From Patescibacteria group bacterium (lineage in GTDB: Bacteria; Patescibacteriota; Patescibacteriia; UBA11705; DATKZF01): DNA of 64,000 nt. The translations under genes and the position numbers were made by a program. The notes below the pieces were generated by a model. The model saw nothing but the letters and a program-made list of their open reading frames with translations. It was not told where the DNA came from and searched no databases. The DNA lies in the NCBI GenBank assembly GCA_049319825.1, contig JBMORT010000009.1, forward strand, positions 131,349 to 195,348, in the 5' to 3' direction. Of the stretch, positions 27,702 to 37,244 are shown in pieces (the stretch's first letter is position 1; each line of letters opens with the position of its first letter).

Positions 27702-28550
27702 ATGGCAAAAATAAAAAGAAAAAATACCCGGCCCAAAATCAGTTTTTCCATGCTCTGGCAAAATTTGTTAACTTTCGCGATCGCTCAATTACTGGCGCTG
27801 GCCACGGCCATTCCGTTGCTTTCGGAAAAAGTCTACACCAGCTATTCCGCGCCCGTGCCCTGGTATTATTTTGTGGTGTCGCTGGCGATCGCCACCATGT
27901 TCGTGATATTGGCGATCAAGTATTTAAAAGGAGGCCGGTTTTTTGTTTTGGTCTTTTATTTTGTGATCGTACTGGGCGCCATGGAAGTTTTTGCCAATTA
28001 TATGACGACTGAATTGGCCATTGCCTGCGCTTTAATAATACTGGTGCTCAGAATAACCGCGCCCAGAATTTGGACTCATAATCTGGCGATAATAATGGGA
28101 TTGGCCGGAGTTTCGGCCTCGATCGGTTTGGACCTGATGCCGCTGGGTGTCGTGATAATTTTGGTGGTTCTGTCAATCTACGATTACATCGCCGTTTATA
28201 AAACCAAAACAATGGTAAAAATGTTTGAAGGCATGATGTCGCGAGGCGTTATTTTTTCCATTATTATTCCGCAGCACGCCAAAAATTGGTTTACCGATCT
28301 GAAAAAAGTGAAAAGAAATGAAGGCTTTATGTTTTTGGGCACCGGAGATATCGCGCTGCCCATGTTGTTTGCCGCCGCCTGCCTGAATATCAGCATGATC
28401 AGTGCCATTGCGGTGATCATCGGCGCGACTGTTGGTGTTCTGGCCATTCATTTATCGCTGGCAATCTCTGCCAAACGGGCTCCGATGCCAGCTTTGCCGC
28501 CGATCGCGCTGTTTTCAATTTTGGGATTTCTGATTTCCTTATATTTATAG
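27702..28550 (+). CDS. Presenilin / signal-peptide-peptidase family (peptidase A22) intramembrane aspartyl protease homologue.
   Basis: Polytopic protein with 'LSIYDYIAV' (YD), 'FLGTGDIALP' (GxGD) and C-terminal 'PALPPIA' (PAL), in the canonical order and spacing. Confidence 0.55.
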   Translation: MAKIKRKNTRPKISFSMLWQNLLTFAIAQLLALATAIPLLSEKVYTSYSAPVPWYYFVVSLAIATMFVILAIKYLKGGRFFVLVFYFVIVLGAMEVFANYMTTELAIACALIILVLRITAPRIWTHNLAIIMGLAGVSASIGLDLMPLGVVIILVVLSIYDYIAVYKTKTMVKMFEGMMSRGVIFSIIIPQHAKNWFTDLKKVKRNEGFMFLGTGDIALPMLFAAACLNISMISAIAVIIGATVGVLAIHLSLAISAKRAPMPALPPIALFSILGFLISLYL

Positions 28551-28628
28551 GTTGGCTGAACGGGTAATTTAAATTTGCCAGGCGAGGCTTTGAATTTATT
28601 CATTAAAACCTATCATTAGCGAAAAAGT

Positions 28629-29522
28629 ATGTGGATTGTCGTCGCGGTTGTCGGTTACTTCTTTTTTTCCGTCACCGGATTGGTCGATAAATTAATTTTA
28701 TCTGAAGTAAAAAGACCGAGAGCTTACGCGGCAGTTGTCGGCATTTTGGGATTAACGGGCGTGTTATTGGCGATATTCGGATTTGAATGGCCGCGTCCCG
28801 AATTGTTGTTTTTATGCTTGATTGCCGGCGCTTTATACATTATCGGTCTGGTGCCTTTTTATAAAGCCATACAGCTCGGACAGCCCAGCAGAGTAATTTC
28901 TTTTTTCGGCGGATTACTGCCTGTTTTCGTGCTGATTATGAGCGTCTCTTCCGGGATTGAGTTTTTAAGGCCGCTCCAATATCTGGCTTTTTTCATCATC
29001 ATGATTGGCGGCTATTTGATCACCGTAGAGTCGAGACGTAAAAAATCGCCATACTCGGCCTACGCTTGGTCCGGCTTGGCGGCACTGCTGATAGCCGGTT
29101 TTTATTTTTTAAGCAAATATATTTTTTTACAAACTGATTTTCTTTCCGGTTTCGTATTAATGAGAATCGGCGGATTGGGGGGCAGTTTGATTTTATTATT
29201 TTATCCGGGCACTTTTCATGAAATCTACGCCGATCTAAAAGCCCAAAAAAGTAAACAGACTCAAAGAACCGGCGGTTTGGTTTTGATTTCTCAAATCAGC
29301 GCGGCGCTCGCGTTTATTTTAATCAATTACGCCGTATCCATCGGCAAAGTCAGCCTGGTCAACGCGCTAACCGGCACCCAATTTGTTTTTCTGCTGTTAT
29401 TGGCATCGTTTTTTTCAAAAAGATATCCCCAGCTCAAGGAATCAATCGATAAAAAAAATATTTTTCAAAAAATTTCGGCGATTGTATTGATTGCCATCGG
29501 CTTGGCGATATTGGTTTTATGA
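28629..29522 (+). CDS. 10-TM permease, possibly DMT/EamA-like.
   Basis: Two-fold hydrophobic repeat architecture. Confidence 0.4.
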   Translation: MWIVVAVVGYFFFSVTGLVDKLILSEVKRPRAYAAVVGILGLTGVLLAIFGFEWPRPELLFLCLIAGALYIIGLVPFYKAIQLGQPSRVISFFGGLLPVFVLIMSVSSGIEFLRPLQYLAFFIIMIGGYLITVESRRKKSPYSAYAWSGLAALLIAGFYFLSKYIFLQTDFLSGFVLMRIGGLGGSLILLFYPGTFHEIYADLKAQKSKQTQRTGGLVLISQISAALAFILINYAVSIGKVSLVNALTGTQFVFLLLLASFFSKRYPQLKESIDKKNIFQKISAIVLIAIGLAILVL

Positions 29523-30517
29523 TAAAAATAAAAAAAATCCTCATCTGGTCGACGCTGAGCATTTTAACGATAATTATAATTTTTTTAATTGCCTATTTAG
29601 CTATGCCGGCCAAAGAAAAAATTGAAAATCCCGTTTGGGGAGTTACGTTTACCCCCAGATTCGCCAAGGAGCTGGGAATTGATTGGCAAAAATCGTTTAT
29701 TTTAATGCTCGATGATCTTAATTTTCGCCATTTCAGATTGGCCGTTTATTGGGATGAAGTCGAATCGAAAAAGGGAACATTTGATTTCGGTGAATTGGAT
29801 TGGCTGATCAATGAGATAGAAAAAAGAAACGGATCGGTTATTTTGACGATTGGACGAAAGAATTTGCGCTGGCCCGAATGTTATCAACCGGCCTGGATAA
29901 AAGAGATGGCCGATGATCAAATCGAACAGCGTTTATATGAAATGATACGCGAAACAATCAATCATTTTAAAGATCGAAAATCAATTTACCTTTGGCAGGT
30001 GGAAAATGAACCGTTCTTCAGTTTTGGCGAGTGCCCGGCTCCCAAATCCAGGGTGATCGAAGCCGAAGTCGCGCTGGTGAGGAGCTTGGATAACCGCCCG
30101 ATAATGCTAACCGATTCCGGCGAGCTGAGTACCTGGCTTAAAACAATAAAATACCCCGATATTTTAGGCATCACCATGTATCGTGATGTTTCCAATCCAT
30201 GGACCGGCGATTTTCACTGGCCCAGTCCGGCCGGCTGGTATTCAAAGCGCGCCAAATTGGCGGAACGCCGGGTCGATAAGGTTATTGTGGCGGAATTGCA
30301 AATGGAACCTTGGTACAATCAGCCATTCACCAGTGTCGAGCCGGATGAACAGGCGGCCAAATTCAATATTGATAAAATGAAGGATAATATTGATTTCGCG
30401 AAAAAAGCCGGTTTTTCCGAATATTATTTGTGGGGAGCGGAGTGGTGGTTTTACATGGAAAAAAATGGTCATAACGAGTATTTGGAGCACATCAAGAGCC
30501 TCAATAAAAAACAATGA
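29519..30517 (+). CDS. Membrane-anchored glycoside hydrolase, clan GH-A (GH5-like).
   Basis: N-terminal TM. 'WQVENEPFF' (NEP acid/base motif), and a later Glu in 'VIVAELQMEPWY' as a candidate nucleophile. Confidence 0.5.
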   Translation: MIKIKKILIWSTLSILTIIIIFLIAYLAMPAKEKIENPVWGVTFTPRFAKELGIDWQKSFILMLDDLNFRHFRLAVYWDEVESKKGTFDFGELDWLINEIEKRNGSVILTIGRKNLRWPECYQPAWIKEMADDQIEQRLYEMIRETINHFKDRKSIYLWQVENEPFFSFGECPAPKSRVIEAEVALVRSLDNRPIMLTDSGELSTWLKTIKYPDILGITMYRDVSNPWTGDFHWPSPAGWYSKRAKLAERRVDKVIVAELQMEPWYNQPFTSVEPDEQAAKFNIDKMKDNIDFAKKAGFSEYYLWGAEWWFYMEKNGHNEYLEHIKSLNKKQ

Positions 30518-30576
30518 TCCCATGATAAAACACTTGCTTTTTGAGGCTGGTTCGAATATAATACATCAACGCCCAT

Positions 30577-30732
30577 ATGCCAATATTCTCAAAAAAATGT
30601 GTAATTTGCGATAAAAAGGTCATAAAACCGATTAAAAAGCATGATCAATATTTCTGCAGTGAACGGTGTGTTTTGGCATTTGAAAAAAAGTTGAAGGAAT
30701 TGGAGGGGATGAATTTGGATAACTGCTGTTAA
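30577..30732 (+). CDS. Small TRASH/YHS-like metal-binding protein.
   Basis: 'CVICDKK...(16)...FCSERC' (C-x2-C-x16-C-x3-C). No clear Shine-Dalgarno sequence. Confidence 0.3.
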   Translation: MPIFSKKCVICDKKVIKPIKKHDQYFCSERCVLAFEKKLKELEGMNLDNCC

Positions 30733-30740
30733 ATTGGGGT

Positions 30741-30824
30741 TACAAGATTGGATAATTGAATTTACGAGATTGCGAGATTTACTGTACAAGATATTACAAG
30801 ATTGGAGAATTGAATTTACGAGAT
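30741..30824 (+). repeat. Tandem 30-nt direct repeats (29/30 identical, 54-bp period) belonging to the TACAAGAT / CGTAAATCTCG repeat family.
   Basis: tacaagattggataattgaatttacgagat at 30741-30770 and tacaagattggagaattgaatttacgagat at 30795-30824. Confidence 0.7.
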
Positions 30825-30852
30825 AGTACGAGAATATACTAATTTTACTAAA

Positions 30853-31323
30853 ATGGTTACGAAGATTCCGATTCCAAACTGGAAGTCAATTGATTCAAAA
30901 GGCGAGACTTTTGATTTTTTTGAATATCAGGACGATAAATGGATTTTGTTGATATTTTTCAGAGGCAAATTTTGCGGCTTGTGCAGAAAATTATTGATGA
31001 AGATTAATGACCATTTCGGCAAGCTGGAAAAGCTAGGGGTGAAACCGGTCGCCGTTTCCGGCGATACCAGACTTGGCGCCGCCGTTCTGCATACGTTTTT
31101 AATGATGCGCTTTCCAAATATTCCCGATGAGCAGCTTGAAATCGCCAAGTTTTTCGGCGTGCCGGCGGAAAAAAAAGGCCACGGCACATATTTACTGCCG
31201 GCAATTTTCCTAATCAATCCCAAGCATGAAATCGTTTGGGCGAGAAAAGGGGAGACGTTTGAAGATGTTGTTGAGTTCGAAGAACTGCTGACAGCGATAC
31301 GAAAATGCATGGATAATAATTAA
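30853..31323 (+). CDS. Redoxin/AhpC-TSA-like thioredoxin-fold protein.
   Basis: 'FFRGKFCGLCRK' C-x2-C in a thioredoxin-fold context. Confidence 0.55.
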   Translation: MVTKIPIPNWKSIDSKGETFDFFEYQDDKWILLIFFRGKFCGLCRKLLMKINDHFGKLEKLGVKPVAVSGDTRLGAAVLHTFLMMRFPNIPDEQLEIAKFFGVPAEKKGHGTYLLPAIFLINPKHEIVWARKGETFEDVVEFEELLTAIRKCMDNN

Positions 31324-31429
31324 CTTGTTTAAATTTTTTTTCAGAAATGCGAGAAACGATAAACGAAAAGTGAATATATTGTTTTATTTACTCGCCTACC
31401 GCATTTCTTTATTGTTTCATCATAAACAC

Positions 31430-32455
31430 ATGCAGCTTTCAGATTTCGATTACCATTTGCCCATAAAATCAATCGCGCAAAAGCCAAAAAATCCTCGGGA
31501 CAGCTCGAGGCTGCTTGTTTATAATAGGCGGAATAAAAAAATTGTTCACGACCATTTCTACAATATTTCAAAATATTTAAATGCGGGTGATTTGCTTGTT
31601 TTTAATGACACCAAAGTTTTTCCGGCCCGGCTTCTGGGCAAAAAAGAAACCGGCGGCAAGGCTGAGATATTGCTGCTTGAGGAAATAAAAAAAAATGTCT
31701 GGAAAGCCGTGGTGGGCGCGAAAAATAAAAAACCAGGAATGAAAATATTGTTTGGCAAGGATCTTACGGCCACACTGCAAAAAAGATTGGATGACCTGGA
31801 ATGGCAGGTTAAGTTCGACTGCCGCGGAGATTTTTACAAAACCATTGAAAAAATCGGCCAGGTGCCGCTGCCGCCATATATCAAATCAAAAGAAAAGCAA
31901 TCCAGGCTGAAAAAAGAGTATCAAACCGTTTATGCCAAAAAATTCGGTTCAGCGGCCGCGCCCACGGCGGGATTTCATTTCACGAAAAATGTTTTAAGCG
32001 AGCTGAAAAAGAAGGGTATTGAATTTGCATACGTAACTTTGCACGTGGGCGTGGGCACATTTGCTCCGGTGCGAGCTGAAAATATTAAGGAACATCAGCT
32101 TCATTCGGAAAAAGTTGAAATCAATGAAACAAATCTGAATAAAATTTTTACCGCCAAAGCCAAGGGGCGAAAAATAATCGCTGTCGGCACCACATCGGCC
32201 AGGGTTTTGGAAGGAGTGATCGCTGCGAAAGGAATTAAAAAGGCGTTCAAGGGACAAACGAATATTTTCATCTATCCCGGTTACAAATTTCGGCTCGTCG
32301 ATGGATTGATTACCAATTTCCATCTACCAAAAAGTTCCCTGATCATGCTCGTGGCCGCGTTAATGGGCCGGGTAAAAATTTTGGATATCTATAAATTGGC
32401 CATAAAAAAGAAATATCGATTTTACAGTTTTGGCGACGCGATGATAATTATCTAG
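31430..32455 (+). CDS. queA: S-adenosylmethionine:tRNA ribosyltransferase-isomerase.
   Basis: 'MQLSDFDYHLPIKSIAQKP...RDSSRLLVY' canonical QueA N-terminus. The ORF-track start at 31325 is probably too far upstream. Confidence 0.85.
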   Translation: MQLSDFDYHLPIKSIAQKPKNPRDSSRLLVYNRRNKKIVHDHFYNISKYLNAGDLLVFNDTKVFPARLLGKKETGGKAEILLLEEIKKNVWKAVVGAKNKKPGMKILFGKDLTATLQKRLDDLEWQVKFDCRGDFYKTIEKIGQVPLPPYIKSKEKQSRLKKEYQTVYAKKFGSAAAPTAGFHFTKNVLSELKKKGIEFAYVTLHVGVGTFAPVRAENIKEHQLHSEKVEINETNLNKIFTAKAKGRKIIAVGTTSARVLEGVIAAKGIKKAFKGQTNIFIYPGYKFRLVDGLITNFHLPKSSLIMLVAALMGRVKILDIYKLAIKKKYRFYSFGDAMIII

Positions 32456-32459
32456 TGAA

Positions 32460-32522
32460 AGGCGAGAAGCGAGAGGCGACAAGCGAACCCGCGTATCGCT
32501 TAGCGCATTGCGCCTCTAACAT
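32460..32522 (+). repeat. Copy of the intergenic repeat family 2 ('AAGCGAGAG...GCGA' with short GC hairpins).
   Basis: ~80% match to 50032-50102 over two blocks. Confidence 0.5.
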
Positions 32523-32527
32523 TTTGT

Positions 32528-32992
32528 ATGAACCAAATCTCCGTAATCCTGCCAAATATCAGAAGCGCATACAATGTTGGTTCAATATTTCGAACCGGTG
32601 ATGCTATTGGAATTGAAAAAATTTATATCACCGGCTATACGCCGCGCCCGGATAAAGACAAAAAAAAGATTACCAAAACTTCATTGGGGGCGGAGCAGTC
32701 AATCCCCTGGGAATATTGGCCGCAAGCTTGGCGGTTGATTGATTGTTTGAAAGAGCGAGGTTATGCCATTGTGGCTTTGGAAAAAAACAAAAACAGCGCG
32801 GATTATAGAAAATTTAAGCCTCAATACCCCGTGGCTTTGATTTTGGGACATGAAGTTGACGGGGTCTCGTCGGCACTGCTGAAGCGCGCCGATCAAGTCA
32901 TCCATTTACCCATGCTTGGTTTAAAAAATTCCTTGAATGTCGCTTCCGCGTTCAGCGTGATCGCCTATCATCTGCGGTTTGCCCAAACATAA
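32528..32992 (+). CDS. SpoU-family RNA 2'-O-methyltransferase (TrmH/TrmL-like).
   Basis: 'LILGHEVDGVS' and 'LPMLGLKNSLNVASAFSVIAY' SPOUT motifs. Confidence 0.75.
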   Translation: MNQISVILPNIRSAYNVGSIFRTGDAIGIEKIYITGYTPRPDKDKKKITKTSLGAEQSIPWEYWPQAWRLIDCLKERGYAIVALEKNKNSADYRKFKPQYPVALILGHEVDGVSSALLKRADQVIHLPMLGLKNSLNVASAFSVIAYHLRFAQT

Positions 32993-33030
32993 TTCGCATC
33001 CAAGAAAAAAATGTAGTATAATGACTGCAT

Positions 33031-33567
33031 ATGCTTAATCTTTCCCCAATAGAAAAAGAGGAACTTTTAAGTTTAGCCAGAAAAGCGATTGCGGCCAAAC
33101 TCGAAGGGAATGATTTGGATATTCCCACCGATAACCCGAATTTTTCAATCAACCGGGGAGTCTTTGTTACCCTGATGAAAAACAATGAATTGCGCGGTTG
33201 TATCGGCAATATCGAATCGCGAAATTCCGTCTGGCAAGGAGTGATTGAAAACGCGACAGCGGCGGCCTTTGAAGATCCCCGTTTTCTGCCGCTGCAGGCC
33301 GAAGAATTGAGCCAAATTCAAATCGAAATATCCATTCTGTCAGAACCGGAGCTTGCCAAGCCGGAGTACCTAAAGCCCGGGATTGACGGCGTGGTGATCA
33401 AGTGCGGTGAAAACAAAGCGACATATCTGCCTCAGGTTTGGGAGCATTTTAAAACCAAAGAAGAATTCATGGACAGCCTGTGCGTCAAGGCCGGCCTTGC
33501 TGAAAGGTCATGGCAAGACCCTCGGACGCAGGTCTTCACCTATCAGGTGGAGAAGTTTTCTGAATAA
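33031..33567 (+). CDS. AMMECR1-domain protein.
   Basis: 'GVFVTLMKNNELRGCIGNIE' matches the AMMECR1 signature (LRGCIG). Confidence 0.8.
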   Translation: MLNLSPIEKEELLSLARKAIAAKLEGNDLDIPTDNPNFSINRGVFVTLMKNNELRGCIGNIESRNSVWQGVIENATAAAFEDPRFLPLQAEELSQIQIEISILSEPELAKPEYLKPGIDGVVIKCGENKATYLPQVWEHFKTKEEFMDSLCVKAGLAERSWQDPRTQVFTYQVEKFSE

Positions 33568-33575
33568 AATAAAGT

Positions 33576-33659
33576 GAGGTTACCAGATTACAAGATTTGT
33601 CATGCAAGATGGTACAGATCCTGTAAATCCGTACAGCGATCTCGTAATCTGGCAACCTC
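33576..33659 (+). repeat. ~84-bp element with a 16-bp imperfect terminal inverted repeat (repeat family 1), followed by a GC-rich hairpin at 33697-33738.
   Basis: gaggttaccagattac ... gtaatctggcaacctc. The interior is ~80% identical to the reverse complement of 50583-50680. Confidence 0.65.
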
Positions 33660-33751
33660 AAAATAAAAGGGTATTCCAATCTTGTCCTGTCTAGTACAGT
33701 AAATCTCGCCGGCCGGCCCTGCCTGACGGCAGTCAGGGCGGCCGGTATATC

Positions 33752-34744
33752 TTGAAATATAAAAATATGAAAAAAATATTCATTAACGAATTAAACTCGG
33801 GCGACAATATGGATTCGCAGCCGTTTGTCGTCAGGAAAATACATTCGCAACGCGCTTCAAACGGCAAAGAATATTGGAATTTGACATTGGCCGATAAAAC
33901 CGGAGAAATTTACGCCAAGGTTTGGGCCGATAATTTGGCCAGCTGTGATCAAGTGACGGGCGGCGATGTGGTTTTGGTTTACGGCACCGTCAGTGAATAT
34001 AAAGAAAGAAAGCAAATTATCATTGCCAAAATGATTAAATCCGATGAGTTTGACATGAGCGATTTTATTGAAAAATCACAAAAAGACACAGCTGCCATGT
34101 TTGATTTCATTGAGCAAGCGATCAGCGCGATTGAGAATAAATTCGTAAAAAAATTAGTGCAAAGTTTTTTCACGGATCAAAATTTTATTGAGCGGTTCAA
34201 ATCGGCTCCCGGAGCGCAAAAGATCCATCACGCCTATGTCGGCGGATTGCTCGAGCATACTTATGAAATGCTAAAGTTTGCCCAATGCGTCGAAGCAGAA
34301 TACCCCGTGATAAATAAAGATTTGCTGACGGCCGGCGCGCTGCTGCACGATATCGGTAAAATGGAGGAATTGGCCGTATCAAGCGATATTGAAAGAACTG
34401 TCAAGGGCAAGCTGATCGGGCATTTAACTATCGGAGCGCTGACGATCGCCAAAAAAATGGATGCGATAAAAAATTTTCCGGAACACCTGAAAAATAAAAT
34501 ACTGAACCTTATTCTGGGCCATCACGGCAAATTGGAATTTGGCAGCCCGGTAAAACCGATGTTGCTCGAGTCGCAGGTTTTGTACCGCATCGACGAATTG
34601 TCGTCCAAAACCAATACCGCGGCGCGTGAATACGAGCTGGGATTGCCGACGTCCGAAGATTTTTCAGAAAAAAATTTCGCCTTGGATACGGAGATTTACA
34701 TTCGAAACGATGACGATAATCACACGCAAGTCAAGTTGATATGA
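33752..34744 (+). CDS. OB-fold + HD-domain phosphohydrolase, YhaM-like 3'-5' exoribonuclease.
   Basis: N-terminal OB-fold region. HD motifs 'HHAYVGGLLEH', 'LLHDIGK', 'GHHGKLEFGSP'. Confidence 0.6.
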   Translation: MKYKNMKKIFINELNSGDNMDSQPFVVRKIHSQRASNGKEYWNLTLADKTGEIYAKVWADNLASCDQVTGGDVVLVYGTVSEYKERKQIIIAKMIKSDEFDMSDFIEKSQKDTAAMFDFIEQAISAIENKFVKKLVQSFFTDQNFIERFKSAPGAQKIHHAYVGGLLEHTYEMLKFAQCVEAEYPVINKDLLTAGALLHDIGKMEELAVSSDIERTVKGKLIGHLTIGALTIAKKMDAIKNFPEHLKNKILNLILGHHGKLEFGSPVKPMLLESQVLYRIDELSSKTNTAAREYELGLPTSEDFSEKNFALDTEIYIRNDDDNHTQVKLI

Positions 34745-35943
34745 CTCAACACCAAAAATTGGATTTATTGATGATAAACATGTCCGCTTTCAGCGACTGG
34801 CAATCGGGCATAGTCAATAGAAATTATTTTATTTATCAATATCTGCGCCAGCGTCCTTGGGTGGATAATGTGATCGCCGCGGATTTTTTCCCCGTTAAAT
34901 TGAAGCCGGCGATCGGATATTATCCCCAAAATTTATTATTGGGTCTAAAGAATAAAAATATAATTTTCGGCGATCTGACCAGCGTCTGTTACCAGCACAG
35001 CGATAAAACTTATGTTTATTCGTCGATCGACGGCGTTTGGTCGAAGAAAATTATCGTCGCGGAAATAAAAAAAATAATCGATAAGCTGGGATTAAAAAAT
35101 GATCTGCTGGTTTGGTCTTACAACCCGATGTTTACGGAGTTTATTGATGAATTGAATTTTAAGATGTTTATTTTCGATTCGGTCGACAATTGGCTGGAGC
35201 ATTCGGCGTATTTAAAGCTTATTTCCCGGCAAAAACTTAAAAATAATTACAAGAAAATAGCGGATCGCGCCGATTTGATTTTCACTGTTTCCCGAGAGCT
35301 GATCGATTTTTATCAAAGTCTGAAAAGGAAAAGCAACATTTTCTGGATTCCGAATGGTGTTGATTTCGATTATTATAACGATGAAAAAAATTTACGGCAA
35401 AAAACCGAGCTCGATAACGAACAGCGAAAAATCATCGGCTATCTGGGCACCATTCAAGATCGAGTGAACATTGATTTGATCAAATATATCGCGGAAAAAA
35501 ATTCGGATATGCTGGTCGCCCTATGCGGGCCGGTGTGGAAATCCGTCCGGCGCGAGATACATTTGAAATTAAAGCCGTTGCCAAACGTCAAATTGTTCGG
35601 GCGAATACCTTATCAAAGCGCGCCGGCTTACATAAACAGATTCAGCGTTGGCATTATTCCGCACCGGCTGGATAAATTTATCGCTTCGACGAATCCGATG
35701 AAGCTGTATGATTATTTGGCGCTGGGCAAGCCGGTGGTCAGCACGGCCGGCGCCGGAGTCGATGTTTTCAAGGACATTATACACATCGCCAAAAGTCCGG
35801 CTGAATTTAATAAATTGATCCAAAAATCTTTTCACGATGATCCGAACTTGGCGAAAAAGAGGATAACCGCGGCCCGGGAGAACGATTGGCAAAGTCGAAT
35901 TGACATGATGGAAAAAATAATTTTTAATGATTATCAATCATAA
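34741..35943 (+). CDS. GT4/GT1-like glycosyltransferase.
   Basis: C-terminal 'NPMKLYDYLALGKPVVST' nucleotide-sugar-binding motif. Confidence 0.55.
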   Translation: MTQHQKLDLLMINMSAFSDWQSGIVNRNYFIYQYLRQRPWVDNVIAADFFPVKLKPAIGYYPQNLLLGLKNKNIIFGDLTSVCYQHSDKTYVYSSIDGVWSKKIIVAEIKKIIDKLGLKNDLLVWSYNPMFTEFIDELNFKMFIFDSVDNWLEHSAYLKLISRQKLKNNYKKIADRADLIFTVSRELIDFYQSLKRKSNIFWIPNGVDFDYYNDEKNLRQKTELDNEQRKIIGYLGTIQDRVNIDLIKYIAEKNSDMLVALCGPVWKSVRREIHLKLKPLPNVKLFGRIPYQSAPAYINRFSVGIIPHRLDKFIASTNPMKLYDYLALGKPVVSTAGAGVDVFKDIIHIAKSPAEFNKLIQKSFHDDPNLAKKRITAARENDWQSRIDMMEKIIFNDYQS

Positions 35944-37192
35944 CAAAATATCTATGAGAAAATTGGTATTGTCGCTGCTTATAATGATGCTATTCATTAT
36001 GCCCGCCGTCCAGGCGCAGGCGAAAGAAAGACCGCTGGTGGAAGATCAGCTACGGGAAATCTTCGACCGCTACTCGCATTATCTCGATCTGAAATATTAT
36101 GATGAATTCGGATCATGGCTTTTTAAAGCTCCGTCATACGGCTATGGAGATTGGATTTTTGCCAATTCTCCTCGTCTGACAATGAGTTTTGCCGCCTTTT
36201 ACAAATACCGCGCTCAAAACGGCGACCCCGAATCAACGGCCAAAATCGGGCAGGCGATTCGTCAGGCGATATTTCAGCAGCGCCTTAAGCCGAGCAGCAT
36301 GTATTCGTTCGACGGCGCCATAGCCAATTTTCTCATTGTCAGAATGATAGAACAGGTTCCGGAAGCATTGTCCGCCAAAGAAATTGATCAATATCGAAAA
36401 TTTTTAAATGCTCGGTTGCCCGAAGCTCTTCGCGCCGACGATACTGAAAATCGAGCGGCGTTGGCCGCGGTCTATTGGCGCTATTGCGCCGATTATCTGG
36501 AAAAATCCGGGTATATCATCCCCCCCGATGTTTATCAGACCATTGATGGCAAAATCGATCGAAGCGTCAGTCAATCTTTATCATCCGATTTTTTATATCG
36601 AGAAAACAATCAAACGGACTTTTCGCTTCATTATCATGTGCTCGAATCTTTTTTATTGACTGTGTACGGTGATTGGACCAAGCAGGTAAAGTTTGTGATC
36701 TTGGGCAGAGAAATGAATAAAAATACGCGATTAATGTCATTTGGCAACGGGTTTTTGGAAACAGCGCTCGGTCTGCGGCCCGCCGGCGCCAACAGTCAAA
36801 CATATCTGATGGCGGGCTTGCTCAGCAAGCGCTTTAAATTTGCCGATTACAATGTTTTTTTGGATCATCTGGCCGGATCAAATTTCTTTTCCGATCCCGC
36901 TAATGTCAACCGGTTGGAATGGCATAACACCTTGGCAAAAGAAGAGCGGGTTTATCATGATGATTATTCGTTTGCCAATATTGCCGAATTGGCGCTGGTC
37001 AGCGGCCTGCTTGAAAATCAGATCCAAGCCATCGGCCTTCTGGAATTGTCAAACGCGAAAACCAAGGATTCCGCCACATTTTACATCAATAACATGGGAA
37101 ACGAGATTATATTTACCGATAAAATATTGAAAAAATCAATACGGCTAAAACTCTCGACCGATGAGCAGAGCACGGAAATTCTGAGTTTTTAA
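35927..37192 (+). CDS. Secreted hypothetical protein.
   Basis: Signal peptide 'LVLSLLIMMLFIMPAVQAQA'; no recognised domain. Confidence 0.4.
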   Translation: MIINHNKISMRKLVLSLLIMMLFIMPAVQAQAKERPLVEDQLREIFDRYSHYLDLKYYDEFGSWLFKAPSYGYGDWIFANSPRLTMSFAAFYKYRAQNGDPESTAKIGQAIRQAIFQQRLKPSSMYSFDGAIANFLIVRMIEQVPEALSAKEIDQYRKFLNARLPEALRADDTENRAALAAVYWRYCADYLEKSGYIIPPDVYQTIDGKIDRSVSQSLSSDFLYRENNQTDFSLHYHVLESFLLTVYGDWTKQVKFVILGREMNKNTRLMSFGNGFLETALGLRPAGANSQTYLMAGLLSKRFKFADYNVFLDHLAGSNFFSDPANVNRLEWHNTLAKEERVYHDDYSFANIAELALVSGLLENQIQAIGLLELSNAKTKDSATFYINNMGNEIIFTDKILKKSIRLKLSTDEQSTEILSF

Positions 37193-37244
37193 AGCAGTGG
37201 GCATCATATGATAAAAATAAACCGATCCGTCATTTGATCAACGT

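Noticed and set aside
30741-30824. Possible CRISPR array
   Set aside because: Only two 30-nt repeat copies separated by a 24-nt interval are present. The same words recur as palindromic elements elsewhere, and there are no cas genes in the window. Better explained as a tandem-duplicated MITE-like repeat.
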